A DNA stretch of 64,000 bases from Podarcis erhardii (taxonomy: Eukaryota): NCBI GenBank assembly GCA_964252035.1, contig OZ176206.1. One strand, 5' to 3'. This document shows positions 36,314-47,939 of this stretch, one piece after another. A program made the position numbers and the translations under genes. The notes beneath the pieces are model-generated. The model did not search any database. It worked only from the letters and a program-made list of their open reading frames with translations, and had not been told where the DNA came from. The stretch's first letter is position 1. The number at the start of each line of letters is the position of its first letter.

Positions 36314-36450
36314 GGGTAACATGTTAGCCTGCTGCAGCCAAAACAATACAGGATCTTATGACACCTTAAACATTAACTGATTTATTGAGTCCATGAAAGT
36401 TTATGCCACAATAAACCTGCAACTCTTTATAGCGCTATAAGTTTTGCTGC
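36314..36450. mobile_element. Degenerate Penelope-type terminal (pLTR) element with inverted halves
   Basis: GGGTAACATGTTAGCCTG..GCAGCCAAAAC..CACCTTAAA..TTTATTG, then GTCCATGAAAGTTTATGCCACAATAAA..GTTTTGCTGC, so the arms are mutually inverted. Confidence 0.6.
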
Positions 36451-36524
36451 TTGGGGAAGACTCTTCACTGCCTATTGATCTACTGTTGAATTTGCTTTAG
36501 AGGTAGTCAACATAAAAAGAAGCC

Positions 36525-36965
36525 TGCAGCTGGATCAGGCCAAAGCTGATCTAGTCCAGAATCATGTTCTCACAGTCACCAACCAGATCATGGAATCGTA
36601 GAGTTGGAAGGGCCCCCAAGGGTCATCTAGTACAACTCTCTTCAATGTAGGAATCTCAACACAAAGTCCCCCATCCAGTTTGAAACCATACTGGACCCTG
36701 CTTAGCTTTGCAAATGTGCCAGCAGTTTTTCTGCTGCCCACAAGTAGGACCTATGTGCAATAGCACACATTTCATTTATGATTCCCACCAACTGGTGTTT
36801 GGAGACCTGCTACCTCTGACAGTGGAGGGAGAACATAGTCATCATGGCAAGTGGCCATTAATAGCATTATCCTCCATGAAATTTATCTATTCCTCCTTTA
36901 AAGCATCCAAGCTGCTGGTCATCACTACATCTCATGAGAGTGAACGCCAGAGCTTAACTATGCAC
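36525..36965 (-). mobile_element. CR1 3' region interrupted by a SINE at 36587-36708
   Basis: Left part GCTGGATCAGGCCAAA..ATCTAGTCCAG..CTCACAGT..AACCAGAT. It resumes after 36708 with GCCCACAAGTAGGACCT..CCAACTGGTGTT..ATCCTCCATGAA..TTTAAAGCATCCAAG. Confidence 0.75.
36587..36708 (-). mobile_element. 5S rRNA-headed (SINE3-type) element with CR1 3' tail
   Basis: The reverse complement of 36666-36708 (AAGCTAAGCAGGGTCCAGTATGGTTTCAAACTGGATGGGGGAC) aligns ungapped at 33/43 to vertebrate 5S rRNA nt 49-91. It is followed by GAGATTCCTACATTG..ACTAGATGACCCTT..CCCTTCCAACTCTACGATTCCATGAT. Confidence 0.8.
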
Positions 36966-37719
36966 CATGAGAACAAGCCACTTTGCATCCTGAGTGAGAA
37001 CCATCCATGAAATCTCTATGCTGAAGTCTCTGTAGTTGCCTGAATTGCTCTGTGCATTTCTCCAGCAAGCCTCTTTCATAACACTCCCATCACAGCTCTT
37101 GATGAACAACATTCATCCAGTGATTATCATGGGGAACTTGCATTATGAAATGGTAATGCCAGGAAGCATCCTTCGGTATTCAAGCTGAAATTCAAAGCAG
37201 AGGTCTCCTTGATTCTTGAAAGCAAACATCATTGAGATGCATGTGGGTCTCCTGCTCCTCCTAAAGAACCCATCCCCCGATCAAGGTTGGCTTGCTATCC
37301 AGAGGACATTTAATATCCAGCTCAAGGCAAGCAGACCTCTGGCCAGAAATGACATACTAAGGATATTATGACTGACATCCAGATGCAAAGCAACCTGATT
37401 GAGAAGGCAGCACTCTTGCTTTGCCAGCTCCACTTCCATATGAAAAGTGGATGCATTGAGCTGTAATTGCATAGGTGCGGGTAGATGAATAGAATGTTAA
37501 TGGGCTGAGGCTGAGGGTGGGTGGGTGGAATACAAAGCTGCTGCTACAGAAAGCAGGCATTCAAATGCAGTAGAGCAAGAGGATCTCAGGAAGGCGCAGC
37601 TGTGACGGGGCTCTGCAAACACTCATGTTCCACGTTTCCGTCAGGGAAATATGTGCGCAACCGGTGCTTCCGAGGGAGAGGTGGCCTGTGGTAAATGACA
37701 GGATAGCGCTTGCTGGAGA

Positions 37720-38155
37720 AACTGGATAGAGAAAATTTTTCTCCCTCTCCTGTAATGCTAGAACTCAAGGCTGTCCAATGGAGGTGAACGTTGGGAGATT
37801 CAGGGCAGGCAAAAGGAAGAACTTGGTCACACGGTTAAACGTTGGACTTGGCCACCACAAGATGCAGTGATGGCCATTATCATAGATGGCTTTAAAATTC
37901 ATGGAGGATTAGGCTATCAAAGGCTTCAAGTCCAGGTGTCCTTTGCATGGTATGGAGAACGTAGCTAGAGAAGAGGTTCTTCTCTCTCTCCCATAATGCT
38001 AGAATTTTGGACATCCAACAGAGCTGAATGTTGCAAAGTTCAGGACAGATAAAAAAAGTACTTATCCACACAATGCATAATTCCCACAAGAGATAGTGAT
38101 CGCCCCCAACTTGGATCACTTTAAGAGGGTGATCCATGCAGTATCCTGCTTCCAA
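37720..38155 (+). mobile_element. Two tandem diverged CR1 ORF2-end fragments
   Basis: 37720-37930 and 37965-38155 both begin GAGAA..TTCTC.CTCTCC..TAATGCTAGAA..(G)GCTG/CATCCAA..GAA.GTTG..AG.TTCAGG.CAG..AAAA..AAG.ACTT..CACAC. Confidence 0.7.
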
Positions 38156-38213
38156 ACCATTTAGGGCTTTATAATAACCAGCACCTTAATTTGTGCCTAG
38201 AAGGGAACTATAA

Positions 38214-38387
38214 TAGAGCTACCATAAATCCAGAATTTTCTGGACATTCAGCCATCGAGTGGAAATTGCTGAAATGTCTGGGAAAATCCGGACATTTGAC
38301 AACCCATGTTGGAAGTGTAGATTTCCTTAAAAATAGCTCAAAAACTTTTGTGTCCAGATTTTCGCTTCTTGAAATAAGGTGACCCTA
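38214..38387. mobile_element. hAT (Blackjack-like) MITE
   Basis: TAGAGCTACCATA...ATAAGGTGACCCTA, with internal TCCGGACATTTG / TGTCCAG motifs. Confidence 0.6.
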
Positions 38388-39864
38388 ACTAAAAGTCAGT
38401 GTAACTTGCACACAACACTTGGAATAAATGTACTGTGATTAGTGTTACTTGCAGGTGTTTCGCAACCCGCTTGTGCCTGTGCTCACACACAGGGTGTGTA
38501 TATTTTTTCCCCATTTGCAATCCAAAACAGGCACAAAATCAGGAGGTTTTTTTCAAGCCCCTAGGGAGTGGCTGTATGCGATTGGTGGGCAGTTTTGTAG
38601 TTCACAAGGTGTTCTATTCCCTGCTATCATGATGATGACAGTAATGTATTTTAATGTTAACTGGGCTCTGTCGATTAATCAAAATAAGACACCAGCTTTG
38701 CCCTCATACTTACAATCTTTGAGCCAAACTAGACATGACACACAGTCCTGTCTCTCTTTCCCCAGACAGTTATTATATATACTGTATACGAGAAAAGCAG
38801 CCTTGGAGGCTGCAGTGAGGACCAGAAAAGCAGCAGGTGGAAAAAGAGGCTGCTTAACATAGGAACAAAAGAAGATGCCATGTATTGAGTCAACCCATTG
38901 GTCCTTCTAGCTTAGTTTGTCAAGGGCAGTTTTATTCCTCTCTCCAAGTTATGGTTGTGGCCATTCAGTGGGGATTAATTCTATGATATCAATTTTTGTG
39001 TCGTGTGTTGTGTGACTGGATCTGTTTGGAGCGAGGGCATAAACCAGGAAATGGCCTTTCCTCCCCAAGAGATAGGAAACTGCTCCTCTTCCCCAAGAGG
39101 GGGCCCTTACAGGGTTCTTAACAAAATGTGTGTCTTAAACTTGTGCATTAAACATCCTTTGTCCCTGGAGAGTTGTGTAGTGGATGAATAATGCCTGTCC
39201 CAAAGTGAGATATAGACTAAGCACTGGTTTAATCACACACATTAATCTCACACCTAGCCCATGTTCAGCAGCTCAGATAAATGACTCACAGCAGATTAAA
39301 CTTGCAGATAAGCAGGTAGATGAAGATGGGTTTACCTGGTCTTTGCCCCCACCATGAGATCGTATTTTGTAGCTCGGCCTCCTCCCCCCAACCTGATACC
39401 CTCCAGAACAGCCAGCACAGCTGGAAATATGAATGTCAGTCTTATCTCGGCAGATTTTTTCTAATACCAATCTCGCCCTTTAAGCTAGGAGAGAAGCAAG
39501 CCCCCCCCCCACTTTCTGGTTCTGCTAAAAATACAGACAGTTCTTGTTTATTATAGGTATAATATTAAATACAAATACACTCCATGTTTGCTAAAGGAAC
39601 CAGCATATAAACAGATGCATACAACAATGCATATCACTGTAGAAAAATGTGTAGGTATGAATATATGTATAAAATTATGCCGTAAGAATATACTGCTGCC
39701 TGGGGTATGACTATTTTACACATATAATACACTTTTTCAGATAGTTTTGCATACAGTTAGTTGGTTTTTAAAAAACCTGCATGAGTGGCGTTCATACGTA
39801 GGCGCTCAATGCAAGGGGCAGGACAATGCAAGCAAAACTCATTCAAGTCAGAACCACCCAATCT

Positions 39865-40040
39865 GTTTTTAAAGGATGGCCTCCAACTTGGATGGCTTCA
39901 GAAGACAAATTAATCGCGAAGACTATTGGTGGCTACTAGCCATGGTGGCTATGCTTTGTCTCCACCATCAGAGGCAGTAATGGGCTTCCCCAAGTAACTT
40001 GGTTGGCCGCTGTGAGAACAGGATGCTGGACTAGATGGGC
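39865..40040 (+). mobile_element. Internally deleted CR1 3' fragment
   Basis: GGCCTCCAACTTGGATGGCTT..GGCTACTAGCCATG..GAGGCAGTA..TTGGCCGCTGTGAGAACAGGATGCTGGACTAGATGGGCC. Confidence 0.75.
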
Positions 40041-40707
40041 CAAATCGCTCATTAAAAGTCTCCTAAATCCCCATGTTGCTCCCAAGACAAGCCAAAGTTT
40101 GCTTTCATGCAATCAGAGCTGGAACCTTGTTCTTTGAAACAGCCCTCTGCGCTAGAGAGGTTTGGTACTATACTGGCAAAAATTGTCTAAGTTGCTTGGT
40201 CCTAAGTGGGTGATAAGGGCAGTTATACAGCATGTACTTTTTCAAGCCTTGAACCCCGTGATATTTGTTTTAAAATATACTCCTGGCAATGAAGGCTCTT
40301 TGCCTGCATTTTCAAAGCTACTCTCTCTTGCTTATGAAGTCCGGCCTCGTTATGAGCCTCACAGGGATGGCATATCAGTAGATGAGTTAGTAAGAAGACA
40401 GTGCAAAATTCATTTCTATTAAAGCTTTCCCACCCCCACTCTGTGGCAAGCCCTTAAGCCTCCCTGTTGCTTCAGCATTCCAAATTAGGGTCTGAAAGCA
40501 ATTCAAGGGGGGAAAGATTTTAATCTGAATTCTACATTGTGAGATAATCAGCGGTTAAAGTGCTGAAAGAGCGATATTGAGGCTGATGTTCCCTCCTCAC
40601 CCCAACTAAACTTTCCTTTTCTTTTTTGCATCTTAGTGTTTCATCACACCCTGCTGATGCCAGATAGAGGGGCTGTTTATTTTTTTATTTTTTTGGAGTG
40701 GGTAGGA

Positions 40708-40738
40708 GTTGCTATGGAAACCAGTCTTGAGTGACGTC
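40708..40738. promoter_or_regulatory. Candidate RFX X-box plus CRE-like motif
   Basis: GTTGCTATGGAAAC (40708-40721) fits the 14-bp X-box consensus. TGACGTC lies at 40732-40738. The site is in non-repetitive sequence; this is a motif match only. Confidence 0.4.
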
Positions 40739-41044
40739 CCCTGCAGAATTACTCAGTGGGCTGTGTGATTTAATTGAAGTCATCAAGCTTGGAAAGCACT
40801 GCATTTAGGCCCCATTACATTTATTGGTTGCTAATCAGTTTTCTGGGCAAATTAGACACCACTTCTCTTCACCCACCACAAGTCTAATCAGGCAAATATC
40901 TGTGGCTGGATCAGGATCTGTGCTAAGGGACCTGGTGTTTCTTCTTTTAAAAGTGCAGATTGGATTGTACAGACAGGATAGGCAATTCCATACTTATGGG
41001 TCACTATAGAACTGAGATGAAATGCCATCCCACCTATTTTCGCA

Positions 41045-41345
41045 GCCCCCGACCTGAAATCCCAAAGAGCTGCTGCCAGGCCGCGTAGACAATACTAGGT
41101 TGGATGGACCAAGGTCTCTCCTACTTGAATGGGAGACCATTGCCTTTAGTTGCTTGCCGAAAGAGTCACGGCTCAGTGATAGAGCATCTGCTCTGTGTGG
41201 AGATGGTCCCAGGTTCAATCCCTGACATGTCCAGGTAGGACCGATGAAGACACCTGCCTGAAACCTTGGAGAGCTACTACTAGTCAGTGTAGGAATTAAA
41301 CGTTGTGAAGGAGCTGAGGAACCCTTCCAGCTCTATGATTCTATG
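41045..41345 (+). mobile_element. Cluster of SINE fragments (two tRNA-SINE pieces and a CR1 tail)
   Basis: 41045-41125 SINE body; 41165-41293 GGCTCAGTGATAGAGCATCTGCT..CCCAGGTTCAATCCCTG; 41310-41345 CCCTTCCAGCTCTATGATTCTATG. Confidence 0.75.
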
Positions 41346-41989
41346 ACTCCCCCCCCCTCAAGGATTTCCCCTGAGTTCTTTGGGGATTTTCTGTGCCTAG
41401 CTGTAGGTCTTCCCTTGAGCTGTGGGGGAGTTTGTCCCAGATCTTCTGTGCTGAAGGATCGGTCTCCCAGGCAACAGCTGAACTGCTGTACTATCAAACA
41501 CTCATCCCTGTTGCCAGCAGTCATTTAAGAGCATCCTCCAGTCTACAGAACAATGACAATACATACCTTTGAGCCATTAAAAGGCACCACGCAGCCTACA
41601 AAGCAGGAAAGGAGGAGGAGAGCACTGCTGGATCAGACCAAAGGTCCATCTAGCCAAGTGTTCTGGTCAAGCAGGTGCCTCAGAAGCTCACAGGCTAGAC
41701 ATGATATAATGATTATCATGCTCCTGTAAAAGCATAGCAAGCTGCATTTTAACAGGCCAGATCATTGGTCCACTAACTCACATATTTTGCTCCCCCCACA
41801 TTTTGCCTCTGGCTCTGCCCACCACTGGCACCCCCACCCCAGAAGCTTACCCTTGAGGGAATGAGGTCCTTGGGCTGGAAAAATAATTCTCCACCCCCGC
41901 CCTACATACCACTCCTTGTAGCTGTAGCCTCCTAACCTACTTCGCAGGGTTGTGAGGATCAAATGAAGAGGGAAAGTACTGGCACACTT

Positions 41990-42340
41990 GGTGGGGGCAT
42001 GGGGGAGGGCCTTCTTGGTGGCTGCTCCCAAACTTTGGAGCTCCCTTCCTAGAGAAGCTAGACTGGCTCCTTCCTTGCATTTCCACCAACTGGTGAAACT
42101 TGTTCCAACAGGCTTTGGGGACTTGACTGCTTTTAAAGGAATGAGTTTTAATAGTGCTGTGGTGTTTTATTATATGTATTTTAATAGATATGTTTTTATA
42201 TTTTAAAAAATTATATTAGGGTTTATTTACTTTTTAATGATTTTCTCCTTCCTGCTTTTAGCTTTTTTGTATTTTATCTGTGATTTGTATTTTTACGCGT
42301 AAGCTGCCTTGAGCTCCCGTCAGGGGAAAAGGCAGCATCT
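41990..42340 (+). mobile_element. Old L2 3' end
   Basis: RAFLVAAPKLWSSLPREARLAPSL (L2 ORF2 end), a T-rich 3' UTR, then GTAAGCTGCCTTGAG..GGGGAAAAGGCAG. Confidence 0.75.
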
Positions 42341-43751
42341 GTTAATGCCCCAGCCATGGCCCACCTCCAATGTCTGATGCAATTTTGGCATGACCACCAC
42401 CATCTTTAATTACTTTTTTTTTCTGGCCCAGTCCCCAAGAAGTTTCAAGAGGTATTAGTTAGCATGAAGAATCAAGCAGGAGTAATATATAAAAAAAGAA
42501 CTTATTGTAAGCAAGCTTGCATTATTTCTGTTTTAGACGGTTCTTAACATTGTGTTTTCAATTGCTGTAAGCCTGCCCTGGGATCCTAGGGTGAAGGGCA
42601 ACTACTAATTTTGATAAGGGTAATGATAATAGTCTTCTCCAGTCTCTCACTGATATGCACCCAGGTAAAATTCTAGATCATTATCAAAGGTAGAAATCTC
42701 CTTGTACTCTGGAACCTATTGATAATTAAGCACATTAGGCTCCCCATTATACTCTTGTACACCTCATTAAACACTTCACAAGCAAGGCATCTGGGGATAC
42801 AAAATCTCGCTGATCAGGGTGGAATTAAGGAAAGTGTTATTGCCATGTTACTTTCCCTTAGCACCCGACCCCCTAAGAAAACTAATCATGTTTGAGTTGT
42901 ACAACAACCACCACCCTTCTATCAACAATGCTGGCCTCAGATGTTTGCTCAATGTGCATTTAATTCAGTTCAATTTCTAACAAAGCACTGTTTCTGTCGG
43001 GACCAAGAGCCCTCTTAGAATCCATGGACTTGTGAGGAAAGTGCAGAGCTTTTTTGTCTTCACCCCCGACATCCCATCCTCTTTTGCTGCCATTGACCCA
43101 GAGCACCAACGCAAACATCCCTTCTGCCTCCATGCAGATCAGTTAAACAAAATGCCCACAGAGATGAGATTTATTGAAATATAAACTAAATTACAATAGC
43201 TGCTGTGAAGCAGGAGACTAAACCAGACCCAGCAGTGTTTTGCAAAAACAGCCAGTTCCATTGCTCCTCTATAAACAAGGCTCTGTGTGGATTCACTTGC
43301 CTGTCCTACTGATCCCCTGTGCCAAATAAGGACATGAAGGTGAGATTTGTCTACTTTCAAAATATTTAATAGGGTGGGTGAATGAGGCTTTCCACACACA
43401 CACACACACACTATTGCCATGATGTTGTTTAATAGAGCATACATACTCGTGTGCTACCAGAGGTCTTGCCATTTGTGACATGGTGGCAAGCTCCAATTTG
43501 CCACAAAAAAATTTAATTTTGCTAGCCAAGGGGACTAAGGAGACAGTGTGTTCTGCTGGGCCCCTTTCCTGGTGCTCTGCTAGGTGAGTTCCATTTAAAT
43601 TTTCCAAAACATCTCTAATCCAATGCTACTGTAGGGCATTGTGGGTAATTTAAATGGTGGCTGTCTGACACCAAGTCCTGGGCAGCAGTGGGTTGGGTGG
43701 GTGGGGGTAACACCATTACAAATCTTTCTCCCTTCCTCTCATCTTCAACTG

Positions 43752-43826
43752 TGCATTTATATCCCACCTTTTCTCTAAAGAGTTCAATGTGACATACATG
43801 GCTCTCTCCCTCCCCATTATTTTCTC
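43752..43826 (-). mobile_element. 3' half of a MIR/Ther1-like SINE split by the L1
   Basis: TGCATTTATATCCCACC..AGAGTTCAA.GTG.CATACATGGCTCTC..CCCCATTATTTTCTC, collinear with 31575-31650. Confidence 0.8.
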
Positions 43827-44040
43827 TTTTTTTAATAATAATTTTTTATTCATTTTCCAAACATTTTTATACAATCAATTCATATTAACTCTCACATTCA
43901 TCAATTTTTTACTTCCCTCAGTTTCTCTGCAAATCTTTCGTTAAAATTTCTATTGTTAACGCATTTCTGAACTTATTATTGCCTTTTAACCATTCCTCTT
44001 CCTTTCTCCTACTTTCTTTTTTACAATATTTCTTAATTTT

Positions 44041-47000
44041 TCACAGAGACTCTTCAAAACCAACAAGCGTTGTCTATACATCACATATGCTTTTCAGATA
44101 ATCTGTAAATTTTCCCCAGTCCTCGATAAACTTTTGGTCTTTCTGATATCGAATCTTCCCAGTCAATTTATCCAGTTCCGCATATTCAGTCAGTTTCATT
44201 CTCCATTCTTCCACACTTGGAATTTATTCCTGCTTCCATCTTTGCGCCAGAAGTATTCTTGCAGCTGTTACAGCGTATTGGAAAAGTTTACAATCTTTTC
44301 TATTAATTTCATTACCTACCAATCCTAGTAAAAAGGCTTCTGGTTTTCTAACAAATGTATATCTCAACATCTTTTTCAATTCCTTATATATCATTTCCCA
44401 GAAGCCTTTCACCTTTTTGCATTCCCACCACATATGATAGAAAGTTCCTTCTTTTTCTTTACATTTCCAACACTTGTTACATGTTTTATACATTTTAGCT
44501 AATTTAACTGGCGTTATGTACCATCTATATACCATTTTCATTACATTTTCCTTCAACGCGGTACACGCCGTAAATTTTAACCTTTCATTCCATAATTTCG
44601 TCCAATCATCATATTGTATATTATAACCAAAGTCTCTAGCCCAGTGTATCATTACTGATTTCACCTCTTCATCTTTTGTATGCCATTCCAACAACATTCT
44701 ATACATTTTAGACAAATTTTTATACTCATTATTCAATACCTCTATTTGAAATTTTGATTCTTTTCCTTCATATCCACACATTTTACAGTCTTTTTTAAAC
44801 ATTTCACTAATCTGGTAGTAGTGCAACCAATCATAAACAAATTCTTTCACCTCTTCATAAGTCTTCATTTTCCATTCCCCCCCCCTCTCTTACTATCAAT
44901 TCTCCATAAGTTATCTACATCCCCCTCATGTTTATCTTTTTCACACTCATCACTTCCAATGGTGAAAGCCAATGGGGGAATCTTGGTTCCAACAAATTTT
45001 TATACCTCTCCCACACATCTATCAATGATCTTCAGAAGATGTGGTTTTCAAAGCCTTTATGAATTTTTTTCTTTTCATACCACAGATATGCACGCCACCC
45101 GAATCTATTATCAAATCCTTCTAAATCTAACAACTCTCCATTCACTAATTTAATCCATTCCTTTAACCAACAGAGGCATGATGCTTCATAATATAGTTTC
45201 AAGTCTGGCAGGGCGAAGCCACCTCTTTCTCTCGCATCTGTTAATAACTTAAACTGAATCCTTGGTTTCTTGCCCTGCCAGATGTATCTTGAAACCATTT
45301 TTTGCCATTCTTTGAAAATTGATGCCCCTTTAATTATCGGAAGTGATTGGAATAGAAATAACATCCTTGGCAGCACACTCATCTTTATCGTAGATATCCT
45401 TCCCCAAAAAGATAGCTTCAATCTTCCCCACACCTCCAGATCCCTTTTTATCCTATTCCAAACAGGTACATAATTATTTTGAAACAAATCAATATTCTTG
45501 GGGGTTAACCATACTCCTAAATATTTCACTTTGTTCACCACTTCCAGCCCTGTACTTTGTTGCATTTCCTCTATTAATTCTTGGTCCATATTTTTCGCAA
45601 TAATTTTTGTCTTTCTTTTGTTTAAATAAAAACCTGCAACTTGACCAAATTGTTCTATTTCTTCTAAAATCCTTTAAACACTTCCCGCTAGCTCTTCTAT
45701 CATCATTACAAGATCGTCCGCAAATGCTTTGACTTTATACTCATTTTTCCCTACAGACACCCCTTTTATTTCTTCATTTTTTCTTATTGATTTTAGCAAA
45801 ACCTCCAGCACCAAGATGAATAATAATGGTGATAATGGGCATCCTTGTCTTGTACCCTTTGTTATTTTGATGTCTTCCGTTGTATAATTGTTTACTATCA
45901 ACTTCGCTTTTTGCTCTGTATATATTGCCTTTATTCCATTAAAAAATTCCGTACCTACGTCCATATGTTCCAAATTTTTTAACATAAAATTCCATGATAT
46001 ATTGCCAAAGGCCTTTTCCGCATCCACAAAGATTAACATGGCTTGTTTCTCATTCCTGGCATTCAGATATTCTATTATATTTCTTATATTTCTTATATTA
46101 TCTTTCATCTGTCTGCCAGGAAGGAAACCCGCCTGATCCTTATGTATAAGAGCTTGTAGTACTTTTTTCATTCTCTTTGCTAATATTCTTGCAAAGATTT
46201 TGTAGTCAGTGTTCAACAGCGAAATAGGCCTATAATTTTTAACTTGCATTAAGTCCGATTCTTGTTTTGGGATAAGTGTAATAAAGGCTTCTTTCCAAGT
46301 TTCCGGTATTTCTCTATTCTTCAAGATATTGTTTACAACTTCTTTCAGTGGTACAAGTAGGGTACTTCTCATTTCCTTATAGTATCTAGCTGTGAATCCA
46401 TCTGGTCCTGGGGCTTTCCCCTTTTTCAATTCGTTTATCGCCTCTTTAATTTCTTCAATTTCAATTGGGGCATTCAAGTTGTCTTTTTTCTCCGTCGGGA
46501 TCTTCTGCACTTCTTTTTCCTTTAAGAATCTTTCTATCTTCCTCATATTATTCTTTTCTTTGTTTTTATACAGTTGTCTATAAAAGTCCAGGAATCCTTT
46601 TCTAATTTCTTTCGGGTCTTCTATTTCCGTACCTTCAATGATGATTTTGTTTACTGTATTCTGCTCTTTTCTTTTCTTTTCTTTTCTTTATCTGCCACGC
46701 CAGCCATTTTCCTGATTTATTCGCGAATTCAAAATTTCTTTGTTTCATTCTTTTTATATTCCCTTCTACTTCCTTATTTATTATCATTGCAAACTGTGTT
46801 TGTAAGATCTTTATGTTTTGTCTTATCTTTTCGTTATTTGGGTTTTTTTTATCAATTTTTGTTCATTCTCCATTATTTGTCTCAATAATTCCTTTTTGTT
46901 CTTTTCCCTATTTTTATTTTTCAGGGCATTTTGTTGAATGAAAAAGCCCCTCATCACAGCTTTGCTGGCGTCCCAGACCATACTCATTTTTGTTCCCTTA

Positions 47001-47917
47001 TTGCAGTTATTTACAAAATATTCCGACAGGTTCTTTTGAGCATTTTCTACTACTTTCTGATTGTCTAGAAGATAGTCGTTTATTCTCCATCTAAACGTTC
47101 TTTCTTCAAAACCTTTTAGTTCAAATTTTATTGCACTATGGTCCGAAATCACTCTTGGTTGAATTTCAATTTTTGAGATTCTTGGAGTTAATTCATTTGA
47201 GACCCACACCTGGTCTATTCTTGACATGGATTGGTTTGGTTCTGAATAAAGCGTGAATTGTTTCTCCAGTGGGTGTCTAAGTCTCCAAATGTCAATCAGA
47301 TTACAATTCTTAGTCATTGAGAAAAAAGTCTTAGGTAATTTCCCATCTTTGCTCACCCCTGTTGTTCTCAGTCTGTCCATTTCCATTGTCACCACTCCGT
47401 TCAGGTCTCCCATTATTATAATTTTCTGATCCATATATTCGAACAGTCTTTCTTCTAAATTTTTATAAAATTCTGTCTTGTTTCCATTTGGTGCATAGAT
47501 CCCGACAATTATTATTTTTTCTCCTTGCCGCTTAATTTGAACTGCCATAACTTCTTCATCTTTAAAAATTTGTTGAGCTTCATTTTTTTTCTGATGTACA
47601 AAACTACTCCTCTTTTTTTACTCCTATCCGAAGATATAAATTCATTTCCCAGTCTTTTATTAATTAAAATTTTTTTATGTCTTCTTGCCACGTTAGTTTC
47701 TTGTAGACAAATGATATCCAAATTCAAAACAAAATGACAAATGATATCCAAATTCAAAACAAAATGGTCAAAAGTTTTGACCATGGCAGACCAACACGGC
47801 TACCTATCTGTAACTGATATCCAAATTCTTCTTTTTTAAATGTTGTTCGACTTTCATTTTTTTATCGTTAATCCCATTAATATTCCAAGTCCATAACTTT
47901 AGCTCCGTTTTCGCCAT
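44041..47917 (-). pseudogene. L1 ORF2 (APE endonuclease and reverse transcriptase), broken
   Basis: ATG at 47917 (MAKTELKLWTWNINGIN). EN motifs DIICLQET, GDLN and SDH; RT motifs KAPGPDGF, YRPISLLN, GTRQGCPLSPLLF and FADD; C-terminal CWKC..HMWWEC. Several stops and frameshifts plus a 103-bp insertion. The end is extrapolated through two premature stops. Confidence 0.92.
47726..47815 (+). mobile_element. Rearranged mini-Penelope insertion in the L1 endonuclease domain
   Basis: 47774-47814 GTTTTGACCATGGCAGACCAACACGGCTACCTATCTGTAAC resembles the lacertid Penelope pLTR end. The 13-bp target GATATCCAAATTC occurs at 47713, 47743 and 47816. Confidence 0.8.
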
Positions 47918-47939
47918 TTTGAATTCTTTATTACAAATT

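Noticed and set aside
36666-36708. 5S rRNA gene
   Set aside because: Only 43 of about 120 nt, 10 mismatches, and fused to a CR1 tail.
47706-47828. CRISPR-like or functional repeat array
   Set aside because: Eukaryotic context; only two to three repeats, fully explained as a target duplication in L1 ORF2.
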